Positions 1 through 10,603 of a stretch of DNA of 64,000 nt are shown here, one piece after another. This DNA is from Auanema rhodensis (Eukaryota; Animalia; Nematoda). The position numbers were made by a program, and so were the translations under genes. Location of the stretch: positions 5,828,001-5,892,000 of the forward strand of contig OZ059900.1 in assembly GCA_964057225.1 (NCBI GenBank). The letters run 5' to 3'. The first letter of the stretch is position 1. Each line of letters opens with the position of its first letter. Under the pieces are notes generated by a model. It ran no database searches. It saw nothing but the letters and a program-made list of their open reading frames with translations, and was not told where the DNA came from.

Positions 1-35
1 CAAATGTTTTCTTGATATTATGCATATAATATGTG

Positions 36-2067
36 AGGCATTCGGAGTTTGTTCCTGTATTATCGATTTTTTGAAAACATATCTGATATTAATAGATTGA
101 ACAATATAACATCTTGGTGTAGTTGATGTGTTCCAAGTGAGTCAAAAACTTTCATTGGTTCCCATCCTCCCTGAAAACAAAAAATCTCTCTCTCTCTCTG
201 TAAATCTATATCCTCATCTCATCTACCATAACTAAATCTAAATCTCTATCCTTACATGAATCTCGAAATATCTCTGAAAACTGAAATCTAACCTATGACT
301 TATGATGCCAACTCTTGAAAAACATGAAATTCAGGAAGAAGCTTGTAAGCAAATTACTGACGAGAACTTTTGAAATTTTTAACATCCGTTCCTCTTTAAA
401 ATTGAGAAAACGACCCTACCTACTATGAGCAGAATGGCCTAAAGGTACACTGCATGGATTACAGATTAACCAACTAAGTTCAATACCTTTCTCTGTTTTT
501 TAAGAAAATCAATATCAAATCAAGAATCCAAAAAAACGGTCGGATGGATTTGGACTGTGAAAAGTCCTTTTTTTTCAACTTTTGAGCTTCGTAACTCAGT
601 TAGAAATTAATATTTTCCAATTTTGATTGAACGGGCAAATTGTGGAAGATGAACTCTTTCACCTCACTAAATTTTATTATCCTATCTGGTCTAGTATAAA
701 AGTTATAGCCTCCTAAAGAGGAGAGATTAAGTCAAAAACTTGACTTTGGAACACTATATCTCCTTAACCATTGAGTTTTTCAAAAATATTTTAGCGGATC
801 TGAACTCTACGTAGAAAGATCTTTTAGAAAAGCTACCTACATTGAAGATTGGAGTAGTTTGAAATTTTGGAAAATAGAAAATTCGGCCAATTTCAGGTTT
901 CAGAAATAAAAATTTCGAGATTTTCAAAAATTGAGAGTTGCATCTGATAGAGCTTGAATAGCTGATTTCAAATATAAAAAGCAAATTTCTTCATTCTCAC
1001 TTTGAAAGGAGTTATGAGACTTTTTATGTTTTGATGTTTTGTTTTCAGAAGGCCATATCTACCTTCAGACGGCATTTCAGGAATTTTTAGTTAGCAGAAT
1101 CGTTTTCTACGTGTCTGTTTTACTTGGTCAACTTAGTTTCAAATCATTTTGTTCGAATTTTCAATTTTCGATCAAATGGTCCAAATCCATGTACTACCCC
1201 CTTACCTACTTTTTCATCAAAGTTGACCATCATTATATGAACTTTTAAGATTTTCACAAGTTTTTTTCTTTAATTATATTTTATAAAAATAAGAATTAAA
1301 GATATTAGAAAAGAATTAATAAATATACTTTGAAAGTTCAAGAAATGATTGTCTCATCTAACAATCATTCAGATGCTCAACAAATCTTGTTAACCTAAAA
1401 CTTGTGATTATTCCGATTCTCGTGGAGAACTGCTTTCATTACAAATCTCTCAAGTTAGAAGTTGTTTCAAATTGGAAATCAACAAAAAACTTGTGAAAAT
1501 CTTAAAATTTTATGTGATGATGGTCAACTTTGATGAAAAAGTAGGTAAGGGGGTAGTACATGGATTTGGACCATTTGATCAAAAATTGAAAATTCGAACA
1601 GAATGATTTGGAACTAAGTTGACCAAGTGAAACAGACACGTAGAAAACGATTCTGCTAACTAAAAATTCCTGAAATGCCGTCTGAAGGTAGATATGGCCT
1701 TCTGAATGCAAAACATCAAAACATAAAAAGTCTCATAACTCTTTTCACAGTGAGAATAAAGAAATTTCCTTTTTATATTTGAAATCAGCTATTCAAGCTC
1801 TATCAGAAGGCACCCTCAATTTTGGAAAAACTCGAAATTTTTATTTCTGAAACCTGAAATTGGCCGAATTTTCTATTTTCCAAAATTTCAAACTACTCCA
1901 TTCTTCAATGTAGGTAGCTTTTCTAAAAGATCTTTCTACGTAGAGTTCAGATCCGCTAAAATATTTTTGAAGTCATAGGTTAGATTTCAGTTTTCAGAGA
2001 TATTTCGAGATTCATGTAAGAATAGAGATTCAGATTTAGTTATTGTAGATGAGATGAGGATATAGAT

Positions 2068-2120
<53 letters not shown>

Positions 2121-2263
2121 GTTTTCAGGGAGGATGGGAACCAATGAAAGTTTTTGACTCACTTGGAACACATCAACTACACCAAGATGTTATATTGTTC
2201 AGTCTATTAATATCAGATATGTTTTCAAAAAATCGATAATACAAGAACAAACTCCGAATACCT
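36..2263. mobile_element. Foldback-like long inverted-repeat element (non-autonomous, no transposase seen)
   Basis: Left arm 36-301 + 779-1266 is the reverse complement of right arm 1484-2263 (about 96-97% identity by eye). Spacer 1267-1483. Segment 302-778 is absent from the right arm (TT microhomology at the junction). Termini AGGCATTCGG / CCGAATACCT. No convincing TSD. Confidence 0.6.
2072..2114 (+). repeat. (GA)n microsatellite; mirror copy is the shorter (CT)n at 185-199
   Basis: Direct reading; about 21 units in the right arm vs about 7 in the left arm. Confidence 0.95.
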
Positions 2264-2275
2264 TGGTTATTATAA

Positions 2276-5060
2276 TATTTTTATCTGTGTTTGTATCAGT
2301 AGTTTGTTTACTGATTGGTATCTGAAACAATTTTGAAAATTTTCAAATTTGACATCAACTTGTTACAGAAAAGTTTTATTTTTTCGTTTCTTCATTCTAT
2401 TAATGCGTTGTCAGATGCTTAAGCCGTCCAAATTTCCAGTCAGGATACCAAATCCCATCTATTCATTTAAATAGCAAAGACCATCATTGGAAATGACTGC
2501 AGCTAAGCAAACAATAATGTCCTCAGTTCTTAGAAAATCTCGTATGATATCCTGGAAAATATTGGCAATTTGATGAGAATAGCATTCAGCGAAACTTTTC
2601 TCAACTCTTAATTATGCGAATTTCTAGCCAATTTAAACTCGACTTTCACAATGAGCATGAGAGGAAAATCAGTACATATCCAACATTTCTTTTCTTTGCA
2701 TATCTCTTAATACTATGAGTATGGAAAAGTACGAAAATAGATTTGGGATCTCGGATACTAACCTTCATGTTTCTGTTAACTTATACAAGGCACTTACAAT
2801 ACTAAGTTTACATACATATCATCTCAAACCTTCCATTTTCAGTTTTTGTCTGTCCTATCATTTCTTGGTTTTGCAGAAATAATGCAAAATCATCTTTTTT
2901 TATTGAATACATAATGAGAAGAAAATAGAAACATAAAATAGGATTCAATAAGTTTCAAATTGTTCGGTGATTCTTGGAGCCTCGATTCTACAATACGAAG
3001 CTAAAGCGTCTATATTTGTCAAAGTTATTTCAGATTTGTTGGAACTAGGTTGAAGGAAAATAAAATGAATTGAGGTCCATCTGTTTTCTAGCCTTGAACA
3101 GAAAAGTCAACTACATGTTTTTGTAATATTTAATGCTTTCCTGTTCATATTATCTTTTTTAGGATTTTGATATCTTTTTAGGATCTTAGCTGCTTTCAGT
3201 AGAAATAAAATTGAATCATGTTTGAAGTGACTGAATCGTTAACCAGAACATTTGTTGAATGCATTTTTAAGTATTTTAAAAGGTTATACGTAGGCTTCAA
3301 AAAGCTTCCAGGAAGAAACCTTGCATTAAATTTATGAAATAATACTCAGGCACATATGATTGCTGGGTGTGCTACCATTTGCATAATATTAATAAAATTT
3401 GAATGTCACTTAATAATACATATTGTGAAATTATTTTAAGCATAGTTATAAACGCAAGAACACGTCATCAAATCAAAAAAATTTTTAATTTAACTCCAGT
3501 TCTTTTTTTTTTGGATGGATTAATATTAGAAAAACAGGTGTAGATATTGAAGAAAAGCCACGAACACTACATTTGACCATTTTTTTGTATAATATACAAC
3601 ATGCAACTATGTTATAATAAGCAGCGTGCATTTCATTTTTAAAATTTTTTTTGTTGATAAAAGTACCAATAATTTTAAATGTACTGCTTTATGTTCTCAC
3701 GAAACACACATAATTTAGACATAATTGTATGTTGGTGGCGGCATGAGAAGTACGCTTGACCGCATAATTACGCTGTAGGGATTATATGGATTACAAGACA
3801 GCTTTCGCATTTGCTGCCCTCTAGTTAATGTATTTTCGTATCGCATATGTGCATCTGTTCCAACATCTCATGTCTCGTTTCTTCATTTTGTCACCTAACC
3901 ATCTCTCTACCTATTTGCTCTAACATTCTGCTTCTACATATCTCAAGCTCCACCCATCGGATAATGTCGAACAGCATTCAATGTCAATCCGTAGTCTACA
4001 CATGTTCTCTTTTCTTCTTATTATGTATTCAGTGAAGAACTGTTTTCAACGTTTTCTCTAACATTCTCTGTTTTTTTGTCGGATGGAAAATAGTGTTCTT
4101 CGCATGCAGACTAATTTTTAAATGATTATGCACTATTTCTGCAAAACCAAACAATGAGAGGTAAGATTTCTTGCAGAATCACTCAAGCAACTCGTAATTA
4201 AAAGACTTCAACCCACATAATGGTTGAACTTTGTGAAACATGCTTGATATAACGTGAAGTTCTCTGCTTTTTTCAACGGATCTCCGATAGACTTCCTGCT
4301 GAAAACGAAAATTGTTCCGTTTACACCTTGAAGTGCCTATCGGAGATCTGAAGACAACTCTTATATTCTAATTTCCGGACCCAGTGATCGGCAGAACGTT
4401 GATAAATCGTAAGGTGCAGACGTATTATAACCGTCTACACCTTCGCTTTTTTCAACGATCTTACGATATTTGACTCATTTCCTAAACAAAAACTGAAAAT
4501 GGAAGGTTTGAGATGCTATGTATGTAAACTTAGTATTGTAAGTGCCTTGTATAAGTTAACAGAAACATGAAGGTTAGTATCCGAGATCCCAAATCTATTT
4601 TCGTACTTTTCCATACTCATAGTATTAAGAGATATGCAAAGAAAAGAAATGTTGGATATGTACTGATTTTCCTCTCATGCTCATTGTGAAAGTCGAGTTT
4701 AAATTGGCTAGAAATTCGCATAATTAAGAGTTGAGAAAAGTTTCGCTGAATGCTATTCTCATCAAATTGCCAATATTTTCCAGGATATCATACGAGATTT
4801 TCTAAGAACTAAGGACATTATTGTTTGCTTAGCTGCAGTCATTTCCAATGATGGTCTTTGCTATTTAAATGAATAGATGGGATTTGGTATCCTGACTGGA
4901 AATTTGGACGGCTTAAGCATCTGACAACGCATTAGTAGAATGAAGAAACGAAAAAATAAAACTTTTCTGTAACAAGTTGATGTCAAATTTGAAAATTTTC
5001 AAAATTGTTTCAGATACCAATCAGTAAACATACTACTGATACAAACACAGATAAAAAATA
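2276..5060. repeat. Inverted duplication (palindrome 2): arms 2276-2849 and 4486-5060, 1.6 kb spacer
   Basis: Arms are reverse complements; about 4 substitutions plus a 1-nt poly-T length difference in ~575 bp. Confidence 0.95.
4029..4920 (-). CDS. Probable orphan gene or pseudogene spanning the right arm and spacer of palindrome 2 (model unresolved)
   Basis: Exon-like frames KYRKIVEKSEGVDGYNTSAPYDLSTFCRSL, QEVYRRSVEKSRELHVISSMFHKVQPLC and KSYLSLFGFAEIVHNHLKISLHAKNT...KTVLH*, with flanking splice-like signals. Candidate ATG at 4920 follows GTTGTCAG. Confidence 0.35.
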
Positions 5061-5158
5061 AAGAGAGAAAAACATTTTATTGACAACATCATACTGTTAA
5101 TCAGAAAAAACAAGAATATTCTTATATTACTGATTAAAAACTATTTTTAAATAGTATG

Positions 5159-5635
5159 TTAATATAAAAATATCAACGTGTAACTATTTTTAAAGTTGTG
5201 CCATCTCCGTCTTTCAATGTTAGTGACTTACAGTTCGGACCACATTCACACTTTAGGATTGCGTTTTTTTCGTTCTTCCTGTAAAATACATTAAGAATAC
5301 TTAGTTTATAAAACTCCAAAACCTATTGATAGTCAACTTGCTGCAACTAATGCCCTCTTCTTCATCAGTGCAACGATCTTGAATCAACGGACAAGTTTTT
5401 CTCTTTGGCGGTGTTTCTTCTGATGATTCTGAAAATGACGACAATTTGTGATAAACAAATGAGAAACTATTTACAAACCACTGGATTCATAATCATAAAC
5501 TGGGTAGAATATGGGACCAGGTCGGCCGCGAATCACAGGAGCTGCTGGCCTAGGCGGGGAATCAGCAGCTGGTATTCCATAGTTTGCCGCCACATATCCA
5601 ACCAGAATGAAGAAGTAATAGATGAGAGTCTTCAT
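5159..5635 (-). CDS. Small secreted Pro-rich/Cys-rich protein, 3 exons (absent from the ORF track)
   Basis: Spliced: MKTLIYYFFILVGYVAA (signal peptide) NYGIPAADSPPRPAAPVIRGRPGP...KTCPLIQDRCTDEEEGISCSKLTINRKNEKNAILKCECGPNCKSL... GT-AG introns in consistent phases; AATAAA near 5080 on the minus strand. Confidence 0.75.
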
Positions 5636-6440
5636 TTGTCTGCTGATTCCCAGTTATACAGGCATTTTGACGAATCTTTTATAAGAAATTTTCAGTGATT
5701 CACTAAAAATGGAATGTAATTTTGTATTTCATTCATGAATTATATGAATGATTAGTATTGCAATTCAGATTTGTTTCGCTTTCATGAATATGAATGAAAT
5801 TCTTGAACCATTCATTCATTTATTGTTGTTAAAATGAATTAAAAGAAAGTGAGGGAATCATGCTCATCTATCGATGTTTACTACATATTATACTTATAAA
5901 TATTCATTTTTCATATTGGAAATATATATACAAAGAAATGCGTTCATTAAACTGGATGAAAAATTATGAAAACAGCAATTTACTTTTCATCAATATTGAA
6001 ATTATGCAAGCGTAGATAAATGATGTTGCATAGCATTTCAGTGAAAAAAAAAAGAATTTTTTTGACCAAAATTTCTTCGAGAAATAAAATTTTACGTTAC
6101 AGAGGCATGCGTTCAATGGCAACAAGAATAAATGATCAAATCGGAATAAGTAAAAAAAAACATTAAAATGCTTCATGCATTTCGTACCATTAAGAGTTAA
6201 TCGAATCTACAGTGACCTGGTGAAGTATGATACAGTTACAGTTTCATAGGTGTATATAGTACATTGAAGTCACCGAATGCTGATAAATAAAATGTATTGT
6301 TATTATTGGAGTGCTGTAATAGCGTAAGTCAAAAAATTAAATTTTAGTTTTGGAATGAGATGAAAGTAGCTTGCTCATATATATATATATATATAAGTGT
6401 TGATAAGCATTCAGTTATGCTTATGAATAAGTTATTTTGT

Positions 6441-9400
6441 CTAGTCCTCTTTATAAACTTGTCCGTGAACTCGTAAACGATATAAGCATGTGAATTCAGC
6501 TCCGTAGTTTGAGACAGTTTCTAATTCGACAATTTTAACAGGGAACGGCGGTGAATTCTGAATTATGTTGTTGTCTTAAGAGCCAATCTGGATCAAATAC
6601 CTTAACGATGAAAAATTGAAGTGGTGGTTGATCAGTTTTGTATTCATATTCTCCAAGTAAGACACGACTGTTAAGATCATTTTCAGATTGATAGGCCTGA
6701 AATGTATTTTTTTTGGTCACAAAGTCAAAAGATAAATAGCAAAATACCCAGAATTTCAGTTTTTTAGGAGAGCTACGAAGTTCGCCGTCAGGAGTTTGAT
6801 TTTTGCCTGCAATCAATGAAAATTATAAAAATGTTTGGAAGAATAGATTTACCAATATGTTCGTAACTGATACTGCTGATTTTGATTCCATGAGATAAAC
6901 TTATCGTTAAATATCCTTTTCCTGTCTTGAAGCACCAGCATTCTCCGGGAAATAACGAATTTGAATTTCTCTAAAGCAGATTTTTCATCTTCATAATTCT
7001 TATATATCATGCCTGAATCACGGTGCGAGGACCATAGCTTGAATACCACAAAGGTATGTTCCATATTTTTTCTAAGCGGGAATACGAATCATAACTCTCA
7101 CTGCATCTGGTAGATATAACTGAAGCACCAGCACTTTCGAGTGCAAAATCGAATAAACCAGTTTTATCAATATCATATTGATAGATTGATTGACGAATTA
7201 AACTGGCTAATTCGGAATAATCATATTCAGCTCCATTTTTCTATAATTAGAGATATTTTCTACAGTTTCCAACAATTAATATAGTACCTGAGTCTTCAGT
7301 TCTTCAATTTGTTGCTGATAGCTTTTTTCAAATATATTTAATCGAGCTTCGAGCTCTGCTTGCAGCTGTAATTGAATCATTAATGAAATCTGCGAATAAT
7401 GCAATAAACCTCAGTCTTAATTTTATTCATAGATTCAGAATCTTCTTGAATTCTTATAGATGGAACTACAGGAGCAACGGGGACAGAAGATGGTTGTTGT
7501 TCCACTTTGTTAGCTACGATTGGAACTGTCGTCTTCAATTAAACGAATTACTTTGAAATCAAAAAATAAGAATCGTACGTGATCTCGTTGACATAGATAT
7601 ATCGGCAGAAACTCGGAAAAGAAAACAAAAGGATTTCTTACTCCAACATCAGCGATAACTCCAATGGTATAATTCCAAATGTTGAAGATATAGCTAGCAA
7701 TTAAATCACGGAATGAAATGAGGGACGACCAGCAGAATTGGAAAAAATGTTCAATCGCATGTACTGCATTTGTGAACCGTTCATACATTCCGATTTTCAG
7801 CTAAAATTGTCATTATTGTTTGAGAATTGTAAGCTTATGAAAAACCTGTGTTAAATCGATCTGTGATGTCATGTACCCCTTATATTTATAGACATCGTCA
7901 GCATAACTGCTTGTTACTATCTTTTCTTCATCTAAAATACTTATTTTTAAAAATATATTTAAAAAACAATAAAATACCGTCTTGTCGAAAACTTAAAAGG
8001 AAAAGAAAAAATGGAATCAAAAGCAAAAAAAGTAGAATCCAAAATTTCTTTCCTTTGGATGCCGAAGCCATTGAACATACTACAGTCATACAGCTTGAAG
8101 AACAAGCAGTTATGACTGATGTCAGAGACATTACTCTAAAGCGAACATTATTCAATGCTTCGAACCCATAATTGACAAAATCTGTGCCATCGTTATGAAT
8201 CTTGTTCACGGTTCTAAATATTAACATATTATAACAACTAGAACTTATCAACACTTACCTTTCAATCAATTCATAAAAGCGGAAAAATACTGTTAGAACT
8301 ATACGTAAAAACTCAAATAAAACAAATGCTATCAGGCCAATAAAGTATGAAGACCAAGAAACAGCTTTCTCATCATTTTCAGAACCTGAGTCTAGCCTTC
8401 GGCGCAATCTCATCCTAGGGCCTCGAGAAGGAGTTGAAGTTCTGAATAGAATCAAAGTTAAATTATTATCATTCCAATCAAATAAATTACATCACACCGC
8501 TGTCTTCATCTTCTGAATCAACTCCTATACGCCTGGAACGTTTGAAACTACGACGTTTCTCAGCCCCTCTAAACAATATTATTCTTTAGTTGAAGCTTTT
8601 CCCAATCTCATACTACCTCTCATCAGCATTAAATGAATTAGTAGCACACAATTTAGCATCTCCTTTTATAATACTCTACAACAAAGAAATATATCTATAT
8701 GTATACTTGAATAATATAATTACCATTGGAGTAGAATCGATATCAAAAGCGAGTGTTTGAGATATATCACTTATTGAAACTCTTTTTTGCTTAATAATAG
8801 CCTCAGAAATAGCAATCACACCCATTCCAATTCCTTGTTTGCAGTATTCTTAAACATTGAATTGGATTATTTTTTTTAAAACAAGAACTTACGAGCTAAA
8901 CCAACTATATTATTAGCAATAAAGGTGAGAAGAGATACAGTTCCAAATGTAAAATACCTTATAGTATTATATACACTTGAGATGATTAAAAGAATAAACT
9001 GTCCTATAAAATTAGAAAATATACACTAATCTCTACACAAAAATAAAATTTACCAAAAACGGAAAACAATCCTCCAATCCCACTAGATGCACCAGAATAA
9101 GTGTCACAGATTAGCTGTTTAGTTGATTGAGACGAATAAATCAATTGTTTGATAAAGGTTTCCGACAAATGGCGTAACCATACAACTATACGGTAAAAGG
9201 TTTGATAACATTCAACATCAGATAACCCTAACCTGGTTTAGTGATATTATTTCTTGTTTCTTGTAGAAAATAGATTAATCCACTTGTAATATGAGAAATA
9301 ACACTGTTCACTCCACCAAGTATTCCAAAAGTCAGTGTTTTAACAGCACAACAGACGAGGCTCACAATTTCAATAACTATAAGACACAATAATTAATTGA

Positions 9401-10147
9401 GAGAAAAAAACAAGAAAATCTAAAATAAGGTACTATCAGAGAACAAGAATTAATAATAGTTTTTTTTAAAGGTCATATAGAAGACGCGGTACTCTTTTAG
9501 TCGCGCGCCCAAAGTTTTTTTTGAACTGTGCGCGAGACTTGCCTGACGTAAATATTGTGAAAATCGTTTGATAGAAAAGTGCACCAGCGGAAATTGGAAC
9601 ATCAACAACAATTGTGCGAATAGACTTTGATAAGCAGTAATATGATATTTCTGCAATCCAAGTAATGCTCATCCAGATCTATAATAGAACACATTTTAAT
9701 GAAATTAACTTTGTATTTTCAAAATGATGTTATATCATGCGTTGCCATGTTTATATTTTTCAAATACTTTTTCTATTAATATCTACGTCACCTACCATGC
9801 GTAAGAGTGATGGAGCACCAAAATGTCTTGATTGACCTTTCTCTGTTTCCATGACATCTTGAACTTCCAGCCAATTATTAGCTAAGTTCGGAATTTCCCA
9901 TGAGTCAGTCTCTTCAGAATTATAGCAGTTACTGCAAAATTTACTATATACATTCTATTATTATTTTTTTGTACCTGCGAGCATAAGTATAACTTGTTCT
10001 GTATCCCAAAAACGGTGATGTTAACATCAGAGCTTCATCTTCAGTAAGCTTTGGTGAGTTAATAGTACGAACTGGAGGACGACTAAAAGACGGCCTTCTC
10101 TCCAAGATACGCTCTAAAGACGGTGATCGTGTTAAACGATCCGTCAT
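6441..10147 (-). CDS. unc-84: SUN-domain inner nuclear membrane LINC protein UNC-84
   Basis: C-terminal SUN domain: [14 protein letters not shown]...[22 protein letters not shown]...SYEHIG...RVLLGEYEY...PPLQFF...[23 protein letters not shown], closely matching C. elegans UNC-84 as recalled. Transmembrane segment [21 protein letters not shown] follows acceptor TTTCTAG. Confidence 0.9.
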
Positions 10148-10580
10148 CTAGAAATAAAAAAGATTGGTATACAGTCTTAAAGAATGTTGAAAAAATAAGA
10201 AACAGGGTGTTGTGGAGGAGGTGTGGTAAAGAAGAAGAGGATTAACGAGAAATGGTTCGATGTTGTCAAAAAACGTACAAAATGAATATTTTATTGCTAC
10301 CTTTCTTCTTATCGGTTGGTCAATATCTATTGAATAAATTATTCAAGGTCATTCTATCAATAGGAACAAGACAACACATCGAAACAAGCACGCCTCTTGA
10401 AGAAACATGACAAAAAATGTTTTTTTTTCTTGATACGAAAAAGAAAAAAAGTGTTTAAAACAACTGTAAGATATATATTTATAGTAGAAGAAAGCTATAT
10501 TTTTATTATGTATTACGTCGAATACAATAAGTAAAATGACCAGTTATTATAGAAAAGCTTGAAATTTCAAAATGAAAAAC

Positions 10581-10603
10581 TTGTTTACGAACTTCGTAAA
10601 CAA
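10581..10603. promoter_or_regulatory. Perfect palindrome TTGTTTACGAA-C-TTCGTAAACAA containing two inverted forkhead (TTGTTTAC) sites
   Basis: Direct reading; ~430 bp upstream of the unc-84 ATG. Function is inferred. Confidence 0.4.

Noticed and set aside
1039-1711. Mirror 69-aa ORFs at 1039-1248 (+) and 1502-1711 (-)
   Set aside because: By-products of the inverted arms; non-ATG starts, no splice context, no transposase motifs.
25-2278. TATAATAT on both flanks as a target-site duplication
   Set aside because: Not symmetrically adjacent to the inverted termini and low complexity.
5405-5698. 97-aa plus-strand ORF
   Set aside because: Antisense shadow of the spliced secreted gene on the minus strand.
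6170-6200. ...CCATTAAGAGTTAA resembling a TTAA-type transposon end
   Set aside because: No matching opposite terminus found.
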